From NCBI GenBank assembly GCA_046563655.1, contig CM102286.1, forward strand, positions 6,510,001 through 6,574,000: a stretch of DNA of 64,000 bases, given 5' to 3'. The position numbers were made by a program, and so were the translations under genes. Position 1 is the stretch's first letter; every line of letters starts with the position of its first letter. The notes below the pieces were generated by a model. That model did not search any database. It was not told the DNA's origin and worked only from the letters and a program-made list of their open reading frames with translations. The DNA comes from Yuukianura sp. NJ FZ-2021 (Eukaryota). This document shows positions 26,651-39,394 of this stretch, piece by piece.

Positions 26651-28951
26651 AGGTTAGGTCAAGGATTATATTCTATAGAACTTATTGTTTTGCTCCTTTG
26701 GTTGACTCATTCCTAAACATTTTGCTCCAGTTACCTGTAGATGACAAAGTGTATTCATGCACAATTGTTTATATTTAAGGTTATAATGAACAACAATTAC
26801 GAAAAAAAAACTTGCGGTGCAATTTTTTTGGAATTAATTTAGCATGGTCAGTTATTTCCGCCACAAAATATTAGCGGAAACGTCGGAGCATCGCCACGCT
26901 CCGTGCGATTCGATCCAGCATTGGAAATGTTGAGAGGATTGTTTTGCCTGTAACAGCACTTCTAACGAGATGGTTATTGTCACGCAAGGTCACGAGGCCC
27001 ATTGTAGTTTCCAGTTTCATAACCAATGAATAATTTAGTCAATGTCATGTTGATCCTGTGCCTTTCACCCTACTTTTAATGTAGTAAACATCCGTTCCCA
27101 CAATCAGAACGCAGTAGGACATCCATTTTCCAAAACCGAAAGTGTGCCCTTTTGGAAATTACGGGGATCCGAAACAGAGAAGAGGTGTTCAATTATTCAA
27201 AATACCAGGCGCTCGACATTTGATGTTAAGAGTGTCTCCTCAATTGTCACGTAAACCAAATTCGGATGACCCCGTGTCAAACCACTGAAGTACTCGGAGC
27301 AAGTGTATTGGGTTCCAACTTGAAATATGTGTTTATCGATTCATGAACTCACACTTTTTTATAGCATGCTTTTCAATTTCGCTGTGTTCCAGAAACTTTC
27401 TCCACTGTGTTGAGTGCGCAATTGGAAATAAAATTTATGCTTTTCCATTTAGGATTATGAAAATAATGTGGGCAGAGAAAAAGCAAAAATACTATGCTAA
27501 TTCAAAACAATGCACTCACAATTTTGACATTAAAAAAATTTCTCAATTATGATTCTCCTTTCCTACAAGTGGTGTACCACTGTTAGGTAAAGCTAGGCTG
27601 ACATAATCTACACTCCACACCACCGGAAACGATCGGTTCATTGAAGTTCTGATCTGTGGATTATCGTTGAATTCCACTGATAGTACAAGTATCCTTGATG
27701 CATGTAACCGATAAAAGTTTCAATGGTTTTTAGCACCACCAAAGGCAGGTATTTTGGAGGCGTTTTGTTACCTTTGGAAAATACTCAGGTACGAGACACT
27801 TTACAAACACTTAGGGAACTACACTAATTCAAAATATGATGCCAAGGTGTCTGGGCTTTTCCTGTCGAAAATGAAGGAGGGACTGGCCCTGCCTTGTGGT
27901 TGATGCTCAAAGGTGTGAATCAAACCGCTTTTTGCCATTCACACACACGTGAGACGTCAAAAGAATAAAGTGTTTTAACACAAACAAACTCATTTTGTAT
28001 TTTTCATGTAACATAAAATCAAACTTAAATCCTAAAATAAGGAACGTTTCTGAGGACGAAGCATTAATGCATGAATTGAGTAATACTTTTTAAATAATTG
28101 TTAGAAGTTTTTTGTTAAAAATGATTTTGGAAATGGATTTTGTTGCAAAGACGTTTACACCTGCCCTGCCTGACTGTTGTGTGATATTGCCTTTCTGTCC
28201 AATTTAATGTGTGTACCCAGGGTAAACAATTAGGTCAAAACTAGAGGAGCAAACAGAAGTTCAGTCGAAACTTTAGATTTTTGTTAGGTTAGACTTTGTA
28301 GTGCCTTAAACTTGGACCGTCAAACGAAATATACAGTAATTCACCGACTTTTGTGGACGGTAACTTATAAACCACAATTGTTATGAACTGTTACTTATGG
28401 AAATACAGAACCTAACAACACCATGCATGACAGTCTGTAAGAATCCTGGTCCATGACTAACAATCCATAAGAACGCTGGTTCACAAATGCCCGTTCATAA
28501 GTGTCAGGATACGAGAAATGCTGAAATGCAGGCGCATCTACACAGGGCAAGCAGTCCCACACCTGCCAAAGGTAAAATTAGACCACTCCAATTATCCATG
28601 GAATTCGAATCTCCCTTTGTTGACTAACACAGTTCCAGAAATAAAGTGTTCCCAGCCACCCTCTTCAGTCGTTAAATTCTAACTGTGTGCAGACAATTCA
28701 ATTAGTTCGACATCCTTTCCCTCCTATTCACTTTGTGGAAAGTTCACACATAAGGCACAAAGTGGGGATGAAACAAAAAAAAGCAATCTACGTAACACGC
28801 GTTAAGAGTGTTGTCGCATCAAAATTATTACGATCCAATCTATTTCTACAAATTAAAACAGTGACTGTCAAATTTCGAATGATTTTCACCTCTGTCGAGT
28901 CACTCACCGCAATTAATTTCTCGTATAACTCAAATGCCCTTCAGTTGTAAG

Positions 28952-29445
28952 CAAAGGCCGGAAAAGAAAGTTCCAAAAAACGGCGTTTTAAGAACTTTAA
29001 AATCTCTTAAAAATTAGTCAAAAAAGTCCAAAAAAAAGTTCTGAAAACTACAAAAATCTAGGAATTTATAGAATATCATTTGATATAACAAGGTAAAAAT
29101 GTGTTTTCTTTAGTCATACTTTGCAATTTGCAAAAAGAATTGGCGAGAAATGAAGAGTTGAGGGCAAGAAAGCTTCAAAACACGCAATTTCACGAATGAA
29201 AAACTAGCGGGAGCTGAGTTTTCATAAGATCAATGAAAAACGTGGAAAAATTTTAGCAGAACAACAGGTTTTGGGCTAGATTTGGTCGAAATCTTACAAA
29301 ATTTAAAAAAATTGGCCGAAAAAGATTGAAATTAATTTTTAAAAGATTTTATCTTCAAAAAAGAATTTATAATTTTTTAAAGTTTTTAAAGAATTTAAAG
29401 ATTTTAAAGTCCTAAAAAAGATTTATCTTAATTTTCCGGCCTATG
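28952..29445. mobile_element. hAT-like MITE (A/T-rich interior)
   Basis: TIRs CAAAGGCCGGAAAA / TTTTCCGGCCTATG (1 mismatch) and a perfect 8-bp TSD GTTGTAAG at 28944-28951 and 29446-29453. Confidence 0.85.
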
Positions 29446-29746
29446 GTTGTAAGGCTTTGTACTGAAATACTAAAATACTTTGTCATATGTGTTTTATTTT
29501 TCAGTTGACGCTTAGTACAACCAAGAAATTACACAAATGAGGAGAACCGCGGTTTCCAGATTTTGTGAACGTTTAGGCAGATGCGTATAAATAGTCAATG
29601 CCAACATCACAAATGTAAAATGTACTAAGAACTTGCCCTCACTCCAAATTCTCAACAATAGAATTGTGTCGAGGAATTAGAGAAAAGAATCGAAATGAAT
29701 AGGGGAGCCTGGCTTCCCATCATAATAAAACCTTGAAATTGAATTA

Positions 29747-29752
29747 TATAAA
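29747..29752 (+). promoter_or_regulatory. Candidate TATA box of the serine protease gene
   Basis: TATAAA ~100 bp upstream of the ATG at 29849. The context is AT-rich, so this may be a chance match. Confidence 0.3.
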
Positions 29753-29848
29753 TCAAGTTTGATTTTTATAATAAATTCAATTGAACAAAAACCGTGTAAT
29801 CCGTAAAAAATCAATTTTTTCTGGCCAATAACTTAGCAAAATCAGACA

Positions 29849-30971
29849 ATGTCCGTACTAACAGGATTCAAAATTTTTCTGGTCATAATTTTATTTCACA
29901 TTGCAGGTAAAAAAAAATAAACACTTGATAGCACACTTTCGTTTTCAGATTTTGCTATAAGTGACTGAACTTTTTGCAGACAGTCGCGCACGAAGGCCAA
30001 AGGTCGTGGGTGGACGCCTCGCACGCCCTAATGAGTATCCATACATGGCAGCCATTTTTGTGAGGGTCCGAGACTCTCCTGTGTTTGCTTTCACTTGTGG
30101 CGGATCAATTTACAACAAAAATTACACCATCACTGCTGCTCACTGTCTCCACAAGAAAGACGGCACCACGGTTGGTGCTAGGGATGTTCGAGTTCTAGTC
30201 GGTTCCAACAAGGCGAGAATTTATATTCGGGAAGAATCGCCAGAGCTGTTGCGCGTAAATGCAACGTTTGTACATAAAGGATTTGATGCAAGCGGAATAG
30301 TTTATGTCGTAAATGACGTTGCCATGCTAAAATTAGACCATCCATTGAGCTACTCCAATGCAATCAAAAAGTTGCGCATTGCGTCTGCTCAGGAATCTCC
30401 AATTCATGGTAAGAATTTTTGTTTTAAATTAGCCAACGAATTCAAAAACGAATGTTGATTACAAAAGAAAAGCATTGATTACAGGAATAGGAGAAGTAAT
30501 TGGGTGGGGAAGGACGGAGTCGTATCTGCCAATTCAGAGACCATCTTCCGATCAAAGAGATTTGCCAGCAGTATTGGAGTTGAAAACTGCTCGATTAAGA
30601 ATAATACCGAACAGCATTTGCACCGTTCGTCATCTTTTTCGAATTCCAAATTCAATCATGTGTGTCGGGAGTGAAGGCCTGCTGGACAGTCAAAGTGCGT
30701 GCTTCGGAGACTCTGGAGGTGAAAGCACGCAAGAGTACAATATAAACGATAAAGTAAAAGTTTTCACTGTGGCTTTTGAATTCAAGGTCCACTGACATGT
30801 CAAGGTCCGTCGGGTCCGTACCTCTGTGGCCTCGTCTCAACTGGGTTAGGGTGTGGCCTTCGATTTACTCCAGGATTCTATACAAAAGCAAACGAGTATT
30901 CCACTTACTTGGGTCTCCAGAATTGGAGGCTTGCAATAGCAAATTTTCACATACATGTTTTTATGACGTAA
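29849..30971 (+). CDS. Secreted S1A serine protease (chymotrypsin-like), exons 29849-29906, 29980-30408, 30485-30718, 30787-30971 (3' end less certain)
   Basis: Signal peptide MSVLTGFKIFLVIILFHIA and activation site RRPK|VVGG. Catalytic triad motifs are intact (TAAHC, NDVAM, GDSGGPL). Ser rather than Asp sits at position 189 (QSACFGDSGG). Confidence 0.9.
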
Positions 30972-33900
30972 TTTCTAATCTGCTCAAAAGTGTCATTGCT
31001 AAAAATGACAAGTAAAAAATCAATAACATCCTCTCGGGCTGAAGTTGAAGTTGAACTTATTCCCAAAGGAGATGCTAAATTTGTGCAAAAAAAATTCCAC
31101 TGATAAAATTTGTATCGAACCATTTTTTTATTTTTGCGAGATAACCTGAATTCATTGTACGCCTTTTTTCTGAAAGCCGTTGAGGCATTGCGCACAATGT
31201 CCAAAAGTCTTATGTAAATGACTCAAATTCTAAGAATTGCGAAAAATGAATTTAATGCTAAGGACTAACGGTTAATTTGGTAAAAATGGGTGCGGCCAAA
31301 AGCAACAGAGAAAGGCGGTGTTCGCTAAACGTTTACGTATGCGAAAAGTCGAATCAGTAAATTATTCAGTGTCACCACTCACCAACAACAACCATCAAGT
31401 ATTCTTGCTGAATTTGAATACCATGCATGTTTTTAAAAGAGTTCATGTTATTTTTTTTTTTTCACAAAATAAAACACTGTCAAATTGAGACATATAGAAT
31501 TACAATACTTTTGAGATATTTGACAATCCGTGGGTTCTTTGCGTTCTAAAATGAATCGATTCATATGTCAATTAGTTTAAATGCAATATGCACTGTTTAT
31601 TACTTGACATGGGAGTTTCAGTTTTAATTAAAAAGTTTAGCTTAACAATTTCAACGAAAGTTAGGTCGCGCTTACGAAAAACAACTGCACAGGCAGTGCA
31701 CTTTGCCTCGTTCAGTCTTCTGAAGATTGTTTCTTAGATCACAGAGCTTCCGGAGTCTTCTCTTTCCGTTTGGTCCCTTATATTGGAATATGCAAAGCTA
31801 GAATCAACAGAAACATTGAAAATTTAGGTGTAAGGAGCATTTTTTATGAATTACTTTCTAGTAAATTCGGAAAGCGAGTCGGACAAAGTCGACTGGCTGT
31901 AGGAGTGATTTCGCGGAGAAGGAGGGATGCTGCGGAGCGCTTTGGGAGTTGGAGTGATTTCTGGTTCGTGGCTGGAGGATATTGTTGTTGAGTGAACATT
32001 ATTGCTTGTGCCATAAGCGAGATTACATTCTAGTCCTTGCTTTCCCCTCCATCTTCTCAGGGGAAAAGATCCAGCAGAAAGCATGTAGTCACTTCATCCA
32101 TGGACATTGTGCTTCAACTCCGGAGGAACCTAAGGGAATACTTCCCTTGACTTGTAGATTTCAGTCAGTTCTCTTTTATTAGCATAGATATTGATGCTCC
32201 AAGCCCTTTTACCCGACGTTAAACTTCCAATTTGAACATAAGCCTCTCAAGCAGCCCCTCGCTACAAATAACGTCTCAATTCATTTCATCTAACCTCCAA
32301 CCAAATCAAAAACCGTTTTCAATAAAGGAACAAAGATATACACGCTTGAATCTTGCTACTAGATTGCCGCGCTTTTCAAATTCTCTGAAAAACCTATCGT
32401 CTCTCATTCCCGTGTAACACTGCAATTGAAATTATTTCTAAGAATCGGCTAAAATTCGATACTGCCTGGTTACAAAAGCCTACGTTTTATGCACTTTAGT
32501 CCAAACTCATCAAACGTCTCTGCATTATTGACTCAAGTAAAGATAGAAGCTTTAGTTTTCAAGTGGCAGCACATGACAGCGTACCAGTTGGCCGTTGAAT
32601 GAAGCTTTTGACTGCTTATGCGTCACCCTCTCTCAAGTATCCTCCTGAAGAAGGAAGAATGAACAGAACGGACGCCACTGTGTATTATTCAGAGACGACA
32701 CGAGACCACAACGTCCTACGCTTAATTCTTCCATCTGAAGTGTCAGCATCACAAGCGTCCGTTCAAAGTGCCTGGCTAAAAACCGAAATTCGGAGCTTTG
32801 TCTGTATGGTTTGGATGGATTGTACAAAACGTATCCCCCAATGTAAAAATACTTGAGGGGGAAGGGGAATTACAATTGAACAATTGATTTGCTACACACG
32901 CCTTTACCATTGTTGACAACTTGCTCCTGCATTTCCATCCCAAACACCAAACTCACCCCATGTGGCATAAGGAGTGAAAACAAAATGATCCGTCTTTTGA
33001 TTGTTTTATTAGCTAGCCTTAGGGGCAGCTTAGAAGTTAAAAATTCTGTTCCTCGGACACTGTTCGGAGAACCCTGATTTCCCTGTTTAGTACCCAACTC
33101 TTCCATATACTCGGCAGTACTATTCAGGAGTTCATTGTTTCGTAGTTTAATGATGATTGACATAAATCGCTCCTTTGAAGTCTATCCAGGATTATCATAA
33201 ACTCAGTACTTAGGGTCCATCGTTTTTCTCTTTTTCATTGGAAAAGAATAGATTCATCATCTCATCACCATCGGTTGAGTGAAACACAAACGACAGCCAC
33301 GGTTTCTGTGACCCGTATCACGCAACGAAACGCTTCCTATTCAAGTGCATACAACTGTGAAATCAACCAAAAATTGCAACCAAACCATTATCAAACAATT
33401 ATCCGTCGAAGCTGAAAATGATTGTGCATTGGGAATTCTGTTACTACAATTGTACGCCCTTCACGTTATGCGTGGAACGCAAGTCAAAGTCCCTGAGGTC
33501 CGCTATTAATGGGCAAGTTTAATTTGTGGAAATTGGAAAATTGGATTTCCCACGGCTTATTAATTGTTCATTTTTCCTTTTTTTATTAAAAAAAAAGCTC
33601 ATGAAAATCCATGCCATGGTGGGAGTGGAGGCAAAATATCAGTGGTGGCAGTGGAGGAGTGGAGCAAAGTTCGACGGATTGATTGATGTAGACTTATTAA
33701 ACTTAACGTAACTCAAATCTGGTAGGTGGTTCTAGTTAATAGAAAAAATTGTGACAAAAAATTTTTGTATCAAAGCCGCATCCGAAACGGTGCGATATTT
33801 TTTCTGATATGTAGTGAATTAAGACAAACACAAAAGAGAAAGCAAAACTCCTACTCAAAATTCTCAAAGTTGCAAGACTTTTGCGCCACCTAGGGAAGAA

Positions 33901-36900
33901 GCTGCATGACTTCTGGCAAGATTCTTTTGTTTGGAAGAGCAAGAATTTGGAATCTACCCAAACTCTTTGGGCGTTAATGCTCGGATACCCACTTTAAAAA
34001 GTTTAATTTGAGCGCCAAACAAAATAAAATCGGTTAAAATCGGTAAACAACGTTTGGCATGGGTAGACTTTCGTGTGCCAGTACGACACTATGCGCTATA
34101 CTACCATTTTATAGCATTTTAATTTGACATGGGGGGAAATCACTACCAAATCACCGCATATACATATCTGCGCGATAAACTTGCTCCACAACCCTTTTTT
34201 TCCATAAAATCAATTAAGAAAATCACTCAAAACAAGGTTTATCACTAATTCAAAGTCTATTCAAAACTAAAATTCTTAGGTAGTCACCTCTTGTAATCAT
34301 TTGTCGCAAATAATTCCATAAAAAATGTAAAAACAAAAAATAACCTTCTTTTGAAAACGGAAAATAACCTAACCTATGCTAATCACATTTTACATTTGGA
34401 GGAATTGAAAATTGTGTAAGCTAAATAGAAAATAGAATATCAGATATGTTCTATAACCCTTTCTGAAAGTGTTTTGAAATCGGCATTCAGTAATTGATTT
34501 GGCACCACTATAATTAGACAGTATTTTAAATCGGAATAGCTTTTTCAAATTTGAGGTAAAAACGGGTGGGGTGTGGTTCTAATTTATTACGCAGGAAGAA
34601 GTTAAGGCAGCCAAAATTAATTACATAAAGGGTCGAAGTCAACAATAGAATTAAAATGTAAATGAAAAGTTAAAAACTGGTTAGTTATGTGTAGAACACT
34701 TATTTGGGCGGGTGAATAATTTCTTCATGTATGAACACGGTGACGAAATCTGTTGTGAGTCCATCTTCATCCTGTCGACAAAGCACAAAACTTCGCGGTG
34801 GCGGCGGTGGGGCATGAGATGAGACAGGATTGCCACAAGACAATACTGAAGGAATACTTCCCCCACAGGGGTGATGTTTTTTTTACATAATCATTAAAGG
34901 CCACTTAAACTGCTGAAGATGACTTCTTACACTGAGGACTTCCTTTCAGTCTCATCGTCGTCGTTGGCGCATTCTGATTTCCAAATTATATAACCTCAGT
35001 AGCCACACATCCTTTCGAAAACCAACTGTCAGGAGGGTGACACTTTGGAAATATCAAAACGCCATTACACTGCCACTAGTACGTATTGAGCAGTATCATT
35101 CTTTCGCAGGAAAATACTACGGATTAGTTAGCTTGCAGCGTTTCAGTTGCTGGAACCGACGTTGGTGTTTGAGACAAAATATAACTGAGGTAAGCAATCA
35201 CTTTATATTCATATTACATAAAATATTGGAAAAATAATACTATATAAAATAATGAACTTGACGTCCTTAGCTTAAATATTTTTGCTCAATGTTTACATGA
35301 TAAATACCAAGTAACCAGTTTCAGCAGTCTAATTAAAAAGTCAACTTTTTTTTTGTTTTTGAAAAGAAAGGACGCAAAGTAATTGCGTTACTTAATTAGT
35401 TTTTAATTTTTTGTTACCTAAGAATTTCGACATTGACTTGCAAATACAGTATAGCTGTCTAAGAAATATTTATCAAAAGACTTTACAATAATTTTTTGAA
35501 GTATATTCCATATTTAATAGAAATGAATAAGAAATTAGACAGCAGATTTGCTAAACTGAGATAATGCGGTACCTGACGTTTGGTGAGTTATAATTGAATG
35601 GGAATGTGCCAAACGTAGTCATTAAACCTAATACGGCTTAAGTTCCACTTCAATTTCTACCGCCAAATTAATTGCATAAAGCTGCGATGTATTCTTTGAC
35701 TGAGAGATAAGCCTACAAGGGATGCGTTCGACGGCGAAGAATTTAACACTTCAACTTCCCAAAACATGACAAAATGTTTTTGCGAAAACATTTTTTAAAT
35801 GTGCTGTCAGCTTTCTTGTGCGTGCCAGATACGAATTAACAGATAATTAGCACATCACTCAGGCCGTTCCTTCTCGAATTGCACAATACCGGTATTTGTA
35901 GTAACAAAACATTTGGGGAAAATCGAATTGCAGCGCAATGCTTTACTCTTTGAAGCCAGTTATGAAATAGCACACAAAAGTGACGCTTCCAATTCATGTA
36001 AAATACTGGTAATGTCCTTTCAGCAAAAACTTGTGATTCTTGAGCCTACGATTTTGTTTCGAAAAATCACACCTCCATTAGGAAGAGCAGTTGTCATTTC
36101 TTTGACACGATCTGGAATGGGCGAATCTCCAATTGAAAGATTTCGCGCTCATTAAACTCCTTTATCGACGTATCTAGCATGATTAAGATTTTGAAGGTTT
36201 GAATATCGTGACCAAAGTTCAATTGAAAAGAAAAGTGACGAAGGCTAAATATGTGACTAGGTCAAAGGGAAATGAGCATAAAGTGATGTACTGCTCCTCT
36301 TCAAAATGAGTGGAATTTAGTGTGTAATGAGCATGCTAAGAATCAAACAAAGAGCACGGGGATGATGAGGTCTTTTAGTCGTGAAGCAATCACTGGCACT
36401 GCACTGGTCCTAAATTGAATTCCTATGTATGCCAATTACAACAGAACCTCATCATGCTCAAGAGATGCACTCCTTCATTATAAACAATTCTGAAGAAAGA
36501 ATTGAAAGAGGAGATGGTGCTGCTAAAGTGGCAAGCTTAATATGTCGCCACTCGGCAGTGATTTGAGGGGTTGGGTAGTTGGTTATTGTTATGCTTAACC
36601 TTAGCTTGTTCAGTTTGCTGTGCTAATTCATCCCATCCTCATCTTCTTCGTTTATTATTCCGTCATATCTTGACCTGGCCTGTGTCACCGTTCTGCATAG
36701 GATAGTTGCACTTTTCATATTGCACGCATTGCACGCGGCGTGATTAAATACATGGGCATGACGAAGTGATTTATGATAGGATTTCAGTAAGAAATTAGAT
36801 TTAGCAATAACTCAGAATAGGCCAGGGTCACAATCGATACTGTCACTCGACTATTAGCACCGCAAATGCAAACGGTTAACCTCGTCTGTTATGATGTGAA

Positions 36901-37472
36901 AGTCAATTTTTAAATTTTATTTCAGAAATTGAAGAATTATTGTCAACGACATAATAATCACTGAGGTTAACCTTGGTTTGCTGAAAGCTTGGGGCCAAAA
37001 TCTTAGGTTGTAGTTTACAATGAATCAACTTTTGTAATTGTAGAAGTTGAAAGCATAATTGTTGAACAAAAATTAAAAAATTATCATTATGCCATTCAAT
37101 CCCAGTCAGAACATAAACAAAGTGAATTTTCGATTTGACTTTTTTTCAAACCAATGCTGTTTTTAACTTCTTCAAGAAAAATCCTTAATGGGTTTAGCTC
37201 AACTGTGCCGTTGATGAATTTATTTTTAGTGGTCACGTAGCACCGTGGATGAGATGTCTCCATCAGTGGAAATACTTATGCGTTTCAAACGAGTAGTTTT
37301 TCATAAATATTTTCTTTTCTTTTTTAATTTCAATTGTTGTTAATAAGCTATTTAGGTATACCTATAATAGTATTGAACGCAGTGGGTTGGATCTGCACTT
37401 CATTAACATTTAAAAGGGTACCCTTGAAAAGCTACCATTCGTATCGCGCTTACCGATATGTTGCTGTGTCGC

Positions 37473-38580
37473 TTTTAGTCTTCTGGAGACGCACGTCTAC
37501 GACGTGCTGAAGAAGACTATTGATACGACTTTGTCTGTCCGTTCGCTTTTTTAGTATCTTTTGCACTAAAACTCAAGCTCCATGTTGCCCGGGGGTTATG
37601 TATGGCTCTAGAGTTTTCATAGGTCTACATTGCACTCAAAGTCGTACATTAACAACGCCAAAATATGCGGCTGCTTCGCGTTGCTGTTTCTTAAGTCGTC
37701 AAAATTTTGTGTTAGGTCTGCATTACACTCAAAATATTTTTTAACAACGATGTTTTGATCTGCTCATTTTCTGACAATATGTTAACTTACGTTGTTAAAT
37801 TGAGACTTATTAGAGGGTAGAAAATCCGGCTTAAATGTTTAATATGTGAATAGTGCATGACAGGGGTCAAATTTCCATTTACTAGAAATTTTTATAATTT
37901 CGATTTTAACAATTGATATTCGACCCCTCACCCCAGCGCTCATTCTTGTGCATGTTGCACACTTAACACCAATAGGGATACATAAACGTTGAATTGTGCA
38001 TTTACATGAACCAATTTTGATTTTTAGGAAAGGGCATTCGACCCCCCCCCCCCCCCCCACAACGTTCAATTTTGTGCATCATGCAAACAACTGAAAGTTT
38101 GTGCACGCTTGACAACGATTGTGCATCAAAATAATTTTGAGCAGTGTGAAATATGAGCCCGACTTGAACAACATTTTTATGCAGTTAAATAAACGCTGTT
38201 CGCAACTAATACATTACCATGGCAACATCTATAATACGTTGTGTGTGTCTTGCTCAACAAATTAACAACATCAATTCAGTGCTGATATTATGTGCCTCAA
38301 AACTGAAAGATGATTCTGGTGCAATTAAACTGTAAAATTCCCAAGACAATTTTCGTGCAGAGTGTAACCTAATAGAGTACCATTTTGGTGCAACTCATGC
38401 ACAAAATAGGACCTTACATCCGCACTGAAAATTTTAAGCGACGTTTTGGTGCATCAGCTACATGAAAACGGTTTCTCAGTTCTTCTACAGTTTTGAGGCA
38501 GGCCGGTTTAAGTCGCATCAATTGTCAACTCACTCCAGAAGACCTATGCTCAACCTTTGAGCATTGCCCTACCTTGTTTT
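37473..38580 (+). mobile_element. Helentron-associated interspersed element (HINE / DINE-1-like), non-autonomous rolling-circle element
   Basis: 5' end: T-run plus subTIR GTCTTCTGGAG (37478-37488), internal inverted copy AGAAGACTA (37511-37519) around a GCACGTC-TAC-GACGTGC stem, then GTCTGTCCGT. 3' end: subTIR CTCCAGAAGAC (38533-38543), hairpin ATGCTCAA-CCT-TTGAGCAT and terminal CTTGTTTT. Degenerate central tandem repeats at 37550-37750. Confidence 0.75.
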
Positions 38581-39394
38581 ATTATCGACTTATGACTTGC
38601 GAGAAAATATAAAATGAAAAACCATTTCACAAATTGAAATGGTTTTTACATATATTGAGCTCAATACCGAAAATTGGACTCTCTCAGAATATTGAATAGT
38701 AATTGTATGAACGTTGGTAAAATGAAAGTTGTCTTAAATTACCGAATCCTTTAACTTCATCGGCCACTGTCACTTTTTGGTTTCTCAAATAAGTTATCAG
38801 CGTTCTTTCAATTGAAAGAGAAAGTTGAAGCCCACAAATAAGCTCTATCGGCACCTTAACTGTTGTACTTAAGGCTTGATTATATAGGAAGCTACATATA
38901 TAAAAAAAACTGAAAGTAAATGTAACATTAACCTAATATATGTATCAAGATCTGTCCTATGATTCGCGTTTCCTTAGACAATTAGAAACAAATAGCCAGA
39001 GTAAATAAAACGATCTTTTCATAATTTAAATCTTAAACGTAAAAACTGCACAGTACTCTTAGATTTAGGTTGTTCCGTTTCCGCAAGGAAATTTTGCATA
39101 TTTCAAGTGTCGAAACCCCATTTATTAACGACTTACGATTAGTTAAAAAAAATAATTATGTTACTGTTAATTAGCATGGAATTGCGTTTCCTTAAATGCG
39201 TTACGCTTGTCACCTTAAACGTCTAAATAAGCTTCCTCACCCTAAACAATCTTGTTTTTTTACATCAATTGTCATGCTGTTGTTGTTTTTTTTTTGCAGT
39301 GTCATCTTCTCTCAAATAGCGATTCATCTGCTTATTGCACAATTTAAGGCGACACGGCTTTGACAGCAGGAAACACCACTTGCACAATCAGGAA

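Noticed and set aside
31770..33163. Multiple 60-100-aa ORFs on both strands
   Set aside because: No recognisable homology or coherent exon chain.
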